Below are positions 54,398-60,505 of a stretch of DNA of 60,505 nucleotides, piece by piece (position 1 is the first letter of the stretch; every line of letters begins with the position of its first letter). The DNA is taken from assembly GCA_037134695.1 (NCBI GenBank), contig JBAXLU010000002.1:1-60505 (forward strand). Direction: 5' to 3'. The position numbers and the translations under genes are program-made. The notes under the pieces are model-generated. The model worked only from the letters and a program-made list of their open reading frames with translations. It did no database searches and was not told the origin of the DNA. The stretch is from Candidatus Nomurabacteria bacterium (GTDB lineage Bacteria > Patescibacteriota > Minisyncoccia > Phycocordibacterales > UBA5272).

Positions 54398-54475
54398 GTC
54401 ATTCCAGCGAAAGCTGGAATCCAGTGTTATGTATTCCAATTAAGACACTGGATTCCAAATCAAGTTTGGAATGAC
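54398..54475. repeat. 78-nt cluster of interlocking inverted repeats built on GGAAT/ATTCC
   Basis: ATTCCAGC-gaaa-GCTGGAAT; GGAATCCAGTGT...ACACTGGATTCC (12 bp); ATTCCAAA-tcaag-TTTGGAAT; outer pair GTCATTCC/GGAATGAC. Confidence 0.6.
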
Positions 54476-54555
54476 ATGGGTTCGGGTCTTTTTTTGTATT
54501 TTGCTACAGGTTACGAGCTAAAAGCTACCAGCTACCCTATGTTATACTTTAATTA

Positions 54556-54915
54556 ATGAAATCAGTCTTTTTTTCTCTACTATTTCTTCTAATTTTATTC
54601 TTAGTATCACATTATATTTTTGAGCCAACATATTTATATTATGAAATATGGTGGTTAGATATTCCGATGCATTTATTAGGAGGATTAGGGGTTGGATTTG
54701 TAATAATGTCTATTGCGAAATTTTATGATTTGAAACTTTCACTCCTACAAATTTTTCTCTTGTTTATGGTTGTCGCTATAGTTTGGGAAATTTATGAATA
54801 TGCCCGTGGTATTATGGTTTACGATGACATCTCTAAATATTTAGATACAGTAAAAGATATCGTGATGGGGAGTATTGGTTTGTATAGCTCCTACTCATTA
54901 ATCAAAAGAAAATAA
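54556..54915 (+). CDS. Hypothetical membrane protein (119 aa)
   Basis: ORF with 4 hydrophobic helices. No family recognised. Confidence 0.55.
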   Translation: MKSVFFSLLFLLILFLVSHYIFEPTYLYYEIWWLDIPMHLLGGLGVGFVIMSIAKFYDLKLSLLQIFLLFMVVAIVWEIYEYARGIMVYDDISKYLDTVKDIVMGSIGLYSSYSLIKRK

Positions 54916-54973
54916 TAAATTTATGTATTCGTATTATCTAAAATCTAATGTCTAATCTCTAAAATCTACCCCT

Positions 54974-56347
54974 ATGTCTACATTTAAAGTTACTTTTGCG
55001 GGAGGTGCACTAATGCCAACAGGTTCTAATTTTCTAGTTGAATTTGGTGGAAAGAAAATTTTGATTGACTGTGGTCTTGTTCAGGGTGAGAAATACACTA
55101 TTCCAATAAATAGTGAACCTTTTTCTTATGATACAAAAAGTGTAGATGCACTTTTTGTTACTCACGCTCACTTAGATCATGTAGGTAGAATTCCACGTCT
55201 TGTACGTGATGGGTTTCGCGGCAAAATTTATAGTACAGCACCAACTCGCGAAATGGCAGAGCTTATAATGCTGGACTCAATGGGTGTTCTTGGAAAAGAA
55301 GCTGCTCATGATGGAGTTGAACCATTTTATTTAGAAAAAGATGTTTTAGAAAGTATGCATTTATGGTCTGATACTTTAGAATACGAAAAACCATTTGTAT
55401 TTAAAACAGATGACGGTGACGCGAATATTACATATCACGATGCAGGTCATATATTAGGAAGTGGAATTATTGAGATTGCTTACAAAGGTAAAAAGCTTGC
55501 TTTTACTGGTGACCTTGGAAACACACCATCTCCACTTATGAAAGATACTACTTTATTAAAAGATATTGATTATCTTGTAATGGAAAGTGTTTATGGTGAT
55601 AGAAATCATAAAGATAAAGACAGACGTATTGAAATTTTTAAAGAGGCAGTTACTACAACCATAAATCAAGGTGGCACAGTTTTGATACCAGCTTTTTCTA
55701 TTGAGCGTACCCAAGAAATGCTACTAGCTTTTAATGAGCTTGTTGAAGGAAAACAGATTCCTGAAGTTCCAGTTTATTTGGATTCACCGCTTGGAATAAA
55801 TATCACCAAAGTTTATAAAAAATATGATAGTTGGTTTAATGAAAATATTGAAAAAATAATTAAAAGTGGAGATGACATTTTTGCATTTAAAGGACTCGTT
55901 CAAACTCCTTCACCTGAGGAGAGTAAAGCTATAAATAATGATCATCGTCCTAAGGTTATTATCGCTGGAAGCGGTATGAGTAATGGTGGCAGAATTGTTC
56001 ATCATGAAGCGAGGTATTTACCAGATCCAAAAAATACAATTATTATTGTAGGGTATCAAGCAGTAAATACTTTAGGGCGTCATATCGTAGAAGGGGAGAA
56101 AGAAGTGTTTATTCACGGTCAGCCAGTTAAGGTTAATGCACGGCTTGTAAACATTCATGGATTTTCTGCGCATAAAGATTCTGATAGATTGATAGAATTC
56201 GTCGCATCAACTGCGCCTACATTAAAAAAAGTTTTTGTAGTTTTAGGTGAACCAAAGAGTGCATATTTCCTTGGTCAGCATATTCACGAAACTTATGATT
56301 TACCAGTTCTTGTTCCTGAAAAAGGAGATGTTGTAGAACTGGAATAG
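54974..56347 (+). CDS. MBL-fold beta-CASP ribonuclease (RNase J/CPSF-like)
   Basis: THAHLDHVGRIP (HxHxDH), a beta-CASP region and a C-terminal FSAHKD motif. Confidence 0.8.
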   Translation: MSTFKVTFAGGALMPTGSNFLVEFGGKKILIDCGLVQGEKYTIPINSEPFSYDTKSVDALFVTHAHLDHVGRIPRLVRDGFRGKIYSTAPTREMAELIMLDSMGVLGKEAAHDGVEPFYLEKDVLESMHLWSDTLEYEKPFVFKTDDGDANITYHDAGHILGSGIIEIAYKGKKLAFTGDLGNTPSPLMKDTTLLKDIDYLVMESVYGDRNHKDKDRRIEIFKEAVTTTINQGGTVLIPAFSIERTQEMLLAFNELVEGKQIPEVPVYLDSPLGINITKVYKKYDSWFNENIEKIIKSGDDIFAFKGLVQTPSPEESKAINNDHRPKVIIAGSGMSNGGRIVHHEARYLPDPKNTIIIVGYQAVNTLGRHIVEGEKEVFIHGQPVKVNARLVNIHGFSAHKDSDRLIEFVASTAPTLKKVFVVLGEPKSAYFLGQHIHETYDLPVLVPEKGDVVELE

Positions 56348-56384
56348 TCCAGCCAAGAGTACTTGGCTGGACTATTCCAGTTCT
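56335..56384. terminator. 23-bp perfect hairpin spanning the stop codon of the beta-CASP RNase gene
   Basis: AGAACTGGAATAGTCCAGCCAAG-agta-CTTGGCTGGACTATTCCAGTTCT. Confidence 0.6.
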
Positions 56385-56527
56385 AAATTTTTAATTTTAC
56401 AATTTTCAATTTTCAAACAAATGCAAAATGCATAATTTTCAGGTGGATTGTATTTACATTGAAAATTGGAAATTGATAATTGAAAATTCCACAGCTTGGA
56501 TACAAGCTGTGGTGATATACTATTCTC

Positions 56528-57103
56528 ATGAAATCTCAACGAATAACAATTAGTGTTTCTGGTGCTGCTGAAATTACTCACTGTGGTCCAACAGTTATAC
56601 CACTAGCAAAAGAAATAGGTCGTGAAATTGCACGCCAAGGTGCTCAAATAGTTACAGGGGCAACTAGTGGTTTTCCTATGTATGCTGCTGAAGGCGCAAA
56701 GGAAGCAGGGGGATTTTCTTTTGGTCTTTCACCCGCTGGAAGTAAAAAAGAACATGTGGAAGTTTATCGTTTACCCCTTAAGGCATTGGATGCAGTTGTA
56801 TACACAGGGTTTGGTTTCCCAGGCAGGGATTTAATGCTTGTAAGGTCATCAGATGCTGTTGTTATTGGTTGTGGGCGTATTGGGACTATCCATGAGTTTA
56901 CTGTTGCCTGGGAGGCAAATATGCCCTTAGGAGTGCTAGAGGGCGAGTGGGCAACGGATGAAGTTATTAGGAATATTATAAAAGAAGGAAATAGGGAAAA
57001 TCCTAATGTTATTTTCGAAAAAGACCCGAAAGTTTTGATTGAAAAATTGATTGCAATGGTACGAAAACAGGAGGATTCTAATGAACCCAACATAAGGCTT
57101 TAG
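56528..57103 (+). CDS. TIGR00725/LOG-like (SLOG) Rossmann-fold protein
   Basis: ISVSGAA...IVTGATSGFPMYAAEGA...GRIGTIHEF pattern. Confidence 0.6.
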   Translation: MKSQRITISVSGAAEITHCGPTVIPLAKEIGREIARQGAQIVTGATSGFPMYAAEGAKEAGGFSFGLSPAGSKKEHVEVYRLPLKALDAVVYTGFGFPGRDLMLVRSSDAVVIGCGRIGTIHEFTVAWEANMPLGVLEGEWATDEVIRNIIKEGNRENPNVIFEKDPKVLIEKLIAMVRKQEDSNEPNIRL

Positions 57104-57216
57104 TCAAAAATTACTTCATCTACTTTGTCGCTACGGAATTTTTCGTCGTCAATGTACTCCTTCGTACATCTCCTAGAAAAATTTCTAAGCTTCGCGTATC
57201 TGAAGCAATTTTTGAC
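57103..57216. repeat. ~110-nt hairpin-forming intergenic element, copy 2
   Basis: GTCAAAAATTACTTCATCTAC ... GTATCTGAAGCAATTTTTGAC. The termini match copy 1 at 26825-26933, and the interior is palindromic. Confidence 0.6.
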
Positions 57217-57254
57217 TAAAGGTAAATACTGGTGGTAAGATAAATAAAAAAGAT

Positions 57255-57788
57255 ATGATATATTTTATAACTGGAAACAAGAATAAGTTTGAGGAGGTGA
57301 AGTCTATTTTGCCAGACATTGAACAGCTTGATATTGACTTGCCAGAAATCCAAGAGATGGATGCACATAAAATAATCAAAACTAAACTAGAAGAAGCACA
57401 GAAGCACCAAAAAGGAGAATTTATTGTTGAGGATAATTCATTATACCTTGAAGCGATGAATGGACTTCCTGGACCTTTTATAAAATGGTTCTTAAAGACT
57501 ATTGGAAAAGAAGGTTTATATAAACTGGCAGAAACATTTGGAAATTACAAGGCAGAAGCAAAAGTTGTAATTGGTTACTCTGACCCTTCCGGAAACGTAG
57601 AGTTTTTTAAAGGAACAACAAAGGGAACAATTGTATCACCGAGGGGTGAGGGAGGATTTGGATGGGACCCAATATTTTTACCAGATGGTCATACAAAAAC
57701 TTTTGCAGAAATGGATGCATCCGAAAAGAATGAAATAAGTATGAGACGAATTGCAACACAAAAATTGAATGAATTTTTGAAAAAATAA
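57255..57788 (+). CDS. rdgB: Non-canonical purine NTP pyrophosphatase (RdgB/HAM1)
   Basis: IYFITGNKNKFEEV, GLPGPFIKWF and FGWDPIF motifs. Confidence 0.88.
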   Translation: MIYFITGNKNKFEEVKSILPDIEQLDIDLPEIQEMDAHKIIKTKLEEAQKHQKGEFIVEDNSLYLEAMNGLPGPFIKWFLKTIGKEGLYKLAETFGNYKAEAKVVIGYSDPSGNVEFFKGTTKGTIVSPRGEGGFGWDPIFLPDGHTKTFAEMDASEKNEISMRRIATQKLNEFLKK

Positions 57789-57790
57789 CA

Positions 57791-57819
57791 AAAAAGCGAT
57801 GCACTTGCATCGCTTTTTT
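57791..57819. terminator. Bidirectional terminator between rdgB and rplT
   Basis: AAAAAGCGATGCA-ct-TGCATCGCTTTTTT. Confidence 0.8.
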
Positions 57820-57830
57820 ATTTATTTAAA

Positions 57831-58178
57831 CTAAGCTTTTACTTGATCAACAATTCTTGTAAAAGTCTCTGGATTTTCTGCTGCAAGTTCTGCAAGCATT
57901 TTACGGTTTAGGACCATTCCTTTCTTTGTAAGCTTATCAATGAAAACAGAGTAGGTGATACCAATAGCACGAAGTCCTGCATTTAGACGAGTTGTCCAAA
58001 GGCGACGCATATCAGTCTTCTTATCCTTTCTGTGAGCGAATGCATAAGCTCCCGCTTTACGAAGAGCAACTTTTGCTTCAACTTCTTTTGTACTACGTCC
58101 AAAGCGATATCCTTTAGCTGCCTTTAGGACATTGCGACGATGCTTCATTGCTATTTTGCTTCTTTTTACGCGTGACAT
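57831..58178 (-). CDS. rplT: 50S ribosomal protein L20
   Basis: MSRVKRS...KGYRFGRS...WTTRLNA pattern. Confidence 0.95.
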   Translation of the reverse strand: MSRVKRSKIAMKHRRNVLKAAKGYRFGRSTKEVEAKVALRKAGAYAFAHRKDKKTDMRRLWTTRLNAGLRAIGITYSVFIDKLTKKGMVLNRKMLAELAAENPETFTRIVDQVKA

Positions 58179-58226
58179 GGTAGTGGTTGATAGTTACTGG
58201 TTAGTAGTTTATGGTAATACAAATTC

Positions 58227-58415
58227 TTATAGCAGACCTGGTAGAAAACGAGACTTTTCCTTTCCTGTCATTGCAAAATTCTGTCCACGCTTTTGAGCTA
58301 ATTGCTTTGAGCGAGATGTTTTTGCATTGAAATGGTTAAGTCCTGGCTTTCGGCCGATGATCTTACCATTTTTTGTGACTTTGAGTCTCTTTAGGAATGA
58401 TTTGTTTGTCTTCAT
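58227..58415 (-). CDS. rpmI: 50S ribosomal protein L35
   Basis: MKTNKSFLKRLKVTKNGKI...H pattern, upstream of rplT. Confidence 0.9.
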   Translation of the reverse strand: MKTNKSFLKRLKVTKNGKIIGRKPGLNHFNAKTSRSKQLAQKRGQNFAMTGKEKSRFLPGLL

Positions 58416-58601
58416 ATGTTTACTTCAAGAATTGAAGATAGTTGCACTATTCTAACATAATTTCGTAAGAAATCAAATAGCAATCAGGTTATTGTTATTT
58501 TGAAGTAAACATCGCAGATTTACGCAGACTTAATGCAGAAGGTCGCAGAAAGGATGCGATGCATTTTTCTGCGTAGTCTGCCTAAGTTTGTGAGGTCTGC
58601 G

Positions 58602-58665
58602 GAAAAGGCGAAATAATAAAAAGAGCGACGCTTTAGCGTCGCTCTTTTTATTATTTCGCCTTTTC
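58602..58665 (-). terminator. 31-bp perfect hairpin overlapping the infC stop
   Basis: GAAAAGGCGAAATAATAAAAAGAGCGACGCT (58602-32) pairs perfectly with 58635-65. The right arm includes the last infC codons (EKAK stop). Confidence 0.7.
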
Positions 58666-59163
58666 GAGAACGATCATCATAGACTTCGGTATTTTCTTCA
58701 ACGGCTCTGCAATCTTATATTCTGCTGGAATAACAGCGAGTATTCTGTCCATACGAGTGCGTAGGAACTTGTCATCCATATATTTCGTACGGCCTTTTAA
58801 TTGCAAATCAATCTTTACACGATGGCCTTCGTTTATCCATTCAGCAGCTTTCTTAGCTTTAATCATAATGTCATTTTCACCAATAGCCACACTTATTTGT
58901 ATAGTTTTTGTTTCAGTAACGTGAGCTTTTGCTTTAACTTCTTTTAATTTTTTAGAAGTTTCATATGTGTACTTTCCATAATCTGCAATGCGAGCGACAG
59001 GTGGTTCAGCGTGAGGGGAGACTTCAATCAAATCAAGACCGACATTTTTTGCAGCTTGTATTGCTTCTTCTTTTGTAAGCACGCCCAAGTTTTCACCTTG
59101 ATGTCCAATGACACGGAGTTTAAGCGAACGTATATTATTATTGATGTTTACTTTTTCTGCCAA
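58651..59163 (-). CDS. infC: Translation initiation factor IF-3
   Basis: INNNIRSLKLRVIG...LDLIEVSP... full IF-3 pattern. Non-ATG (TTG) start in the track, consistent with the unusual starts typical of infC. Confidence 0.92.
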   Translation of the reverse strand: MAEKVNINNNIRSLKLRVIGHQGENLGVLTKEEAIQAAKNVGLDLIEVSPHAEPPVARIADYGKYTYETSKKLKEVKAKAHVTETKTIQISVAIGENDIMIKAKKAAEWINEGHRVKIDLQLKGRTKYMDDKFLRTRMDRILAVIPAEYKIAEPLKKIPKSMMIVLEKAK

Positions 59164-59235
59164 AGCTTTATATAAGTGGATTATAGCATGAAATGAAGAA
59201 AAAAGAATGAGGCAAGATTTTTATACAAATTAGAG

Positions 59236-59390
59236 TTTGAAAAGTGGAAGGGGTTCGGCTACAAATCTTTTTTCGCCGTCGCTCAAAAAGTTCGCAGCCC
59301 GCCTCTCGTGGTGCCGCTTGGAAGCGGACACATCACTGCGACCATTCGAACCCCTCACGTACATGAAGCAGTTCATGTACTCGCTTCCAC
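59236..59390 (-). repeat. Degenerate duplicates of the tmRNA 3' tRNA-like end
   Basis: On the minus strand, 59388-59319 reads GGAAGCG...GGGGTTCGAAT...CGCTTCCA (perfect 7-bp acceptor pairing, decayed T-arm). Further fragments are CACGAGAGGCGGG and GCCGAACCCCTTCCAC (59244-62). Confidence 0.6.
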
Positions 59391-59434
59391 AAAATAAATT
59401 AGACCGCATCATATGATGCGGTCTAATTTATTTT
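59391..59434 (-). terminator. 44-nt perfect palindrome terminating ssrA
   Basis: AAAATAAATTAGACCGCATCAT|ATGATGCGGTCTAATTTATTTT. Confidence 0.8.
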
Positions 59435-59435
59435 G

Positions 59436-59823
59436 TGGAAGCGGAGGGGTTCGAACCCTCGTGTATACCGGAACGGTGAACGCGTCTACTGTATATAGTT
59501 TGCTTATTGTATTCGCATTTATTATATAAAACAAACGAAAACAATAAATGTATAGCATAATTATTTCGATTAAATTGCTATGCTACAAAGTAATCTACCT
59601 CCGCTGTTATATTGCCCAGACCTTTTCCGCAGATACGAAAGGGAAGGACACCAGATCGGTCTAAATTAGACGAATGCTGGAACTAGACCAAACGCATAAG
59701 GCGAAGGAATAGCTTTTCCAGTTGTTTTTGCAACATGGGTTCTCTAAAGTTTACGAGTTATAGAGAAGTCTCGATACAGCACATACAACCATTATCGACA
59801 TATCAAAGCCAAAGTACGCTCCC
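59436..59823 (-). ncRNA. ssrA: tmRNA (SsrA)
   Basis: On the minus strand, 5' GGGAGCG pairs with 3' CGCTTCC-A, with the G3:U pair. T-arm GAGGG-TTCGAAC-CCCTC and a CUCGUAAA element are present. Candidate tag ORF is GCA AAA ACA ... GUC UAA (AKTTGKAIPSPYAFGLVPAFV), with its stop in hairpin GTCTA-att-TAGAC. Located directly downstream of smpB. Confidence 0.85.
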
Positions 59824-59836
59824 GTATATCCAGCGT

Positions 59837-59914
59837 GTAGCAATTAGCAGGTAGCTTTTAAATTCTTTGTATCGAATCTGAGTTGCTACAGACTACAGGC
59901 TAAAGGCTACTAGC
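59837..59914. repeat. Direct repeat flanking smpB, copy A (between smpB stop and ssrA 5' end)
   Basis: Shares the blocks GTAGC.ATTAGC, ATTAGCAGGTAG, TAGCTTTTAAATTC, TGCTACA and CTACAGGCTAAAGGCTAC.AGC with 60346-60434. Confidence 0.65.
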
Positions 59915-60341
59915 TTTCCCGTAGTTCTCTACGGGAAATGTCATTCTTGATATTTTCTCGCTTGTCATGCTTTTGTAATTTCTTACAAAGAGCGACCTCG
60001 CACTTGACGAGGTTATTTTTAATATACAACGAAATAGGGTGTAATGTCAAGTCTTTTTTCTCTTCTATCACAGCTAATTTAGCTATTTCGTCCTTTTTAA
60101 GTAACAGGCGTCTGGTTCTATGTTCATCGTATGATTTTGGGGTATTTGCTGGCTGATATGGTGGAATATATGACCCAACTAGAAAAGCCTCGCCACCACG
60201 AATTATGACCTTGCTACCATCTAAACCACCAAGCTTATTACGCAAGGATTTAACCTCATGGCCTTCTAATTCCATGCCAGCCTGATATGTGTCTATGACA
60301 TCGTATGTCATACGTAGTTTTTTGTTTTCTACTAGTTTCAT
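59910..60341 (-). CDS. smpB: SsrA-binding protein SmpB
   Basis: NKKLRMTYDVIDTYQAGMELEGHEVKSLR ... full SmpB pattern. Confidence 0.93.
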   Translation of the reverse strand: MKLVENKKLRMTYDVIDTYQAGMELEGHEVKSLRNKLGGLDGSKVIIRGGEAFLVGSYIPPYQPANTPKSYDEHRTRRLLLKKDEIAKLAVIEEKKDLTLHPISLYIKNNLVKCEVALCKKLQKHDKRENIKNDISRRELRES

Positions 60342-60345
60342 TTGG

Positions 60346-60434
60346 GTAGCGATTAGCTATTAGCAGGTAGTTTGTAGCTTTTAAATTCAGAGTTTCTGAA
60401 TTTTGCTACATTCTACAGGCTAAAGGCTACAAGC
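60346..60434. repeat. Direct repeat flanking smpB, copy B (upstream of smpB)
   Basis: See copy A. By eye about 80% identity across about 80 nt, with small indels. Confidence 0.65.
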
Positions 60435-60505
60435 TTGCTTTATTGTATCATGTGTTAGAATGTCTTCTATGAAGAATACAAAATTATCGAAAAATGAAGG
60501 AATTA

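Noticed and set aside
54398-54475. The 78-nt repeat knot as a tRNA gene
   Set aside because: The outer 8-bp helix and a small GAAA hairpin mimic acceptor and D arms. But there is no T-loop consensus, the middle arm has a 17-nt loop, and the arms compete for the same nucleotides.
13698-57093. Long antisense shadow ORFs inside well-supported genes (e.g. 13698..13949-, 14731..15018-, 16314..16649-, 19878..20357+, 31173..31622-, 42347..42631-, 52442..52849-, 56764..57093-)
   Set aside because: Each lies fully within, and opposite to, a gene with clear family motifs. They lack SD sequences and recognisable motifs.
59230-59412. 60-aa minus-strand ORF between infC and ssrA
   Set aside because: It lies entirely on the decayed tmRNA-end copies and the terminator palindrome, has no SD, and its composition is driven by the GC-rich RNA-like sequence.
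40189-60437. Stutter spacers as CRISPR arrays or tandem-repeat loci
   Set aside because: The units are only 6-10 nt, imperfect and contiguous, with no repeat-spacer periodicity of about 25-40 nt. No cas genes are present.

Overview
A 60.5 kb, AT-rich, gene-dense and mostly plus-strand bacterial segment. By eye, host genes run about 27-35% G+C. The gene content looks like a reduced-genome Patescibacteria/CPR (Parcubacteria-like) organism. secE-nusG-rplK is not followed by rplA, and rpsF-ssb-rpsR is not followed by rplI. There are many small membrane ORFs, and nearly every gene ends in an A-run/stem/T-run terminator. Recognisable content: tRNA-His; a mannoside phosphorylase/PMM/PMI module; a P-type ATPase; GT2/DedA/PAP2 envelope genes; a glycerate kinase-enolase-mini pyruvate kinase-glycerate dehydrogenase block; pyrG; a consolidated thymidylate/folate cluster (dcd-like, folA, thyA, glyA, tmk, dut, folD); argS, ileS, metG, recO, tatD, ndk; infC-rpmI-rplT; and smpB plus tmRNA. 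The strongest anomaly is a roughly 1.3 kb cassette at about 24.55-25.84 kb whose composition is foreign (sampled lines reach about 60% G+C). It has its own promoter, a 68-nt palindromic leader, an orphan 205-aa ORF and about 400 nt of GC-rich structured non-coding sequence, and it sits just upstream of secE. Other notable items: (1) a textbook T-box antiterminator followed by a solitary MazF/PemK-like gene and then an IleRS carrying a ~190-aa histidine-phosphatase (RHG...HGG) insertion; (2) a promoter-to-terminator candidate sRNA; (3) two copies of a ~110-nt hairpin element; (4) tRNA-His and tmRNA 3'-end fragment scars; (5) a partial rpsR duplication; (6) pervasive 'word-stutter' intergenic spacers. 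No CRISPR array, rRNA, integrase or transposase was seen. All calls are by-eye motif recognition and no database search was run.
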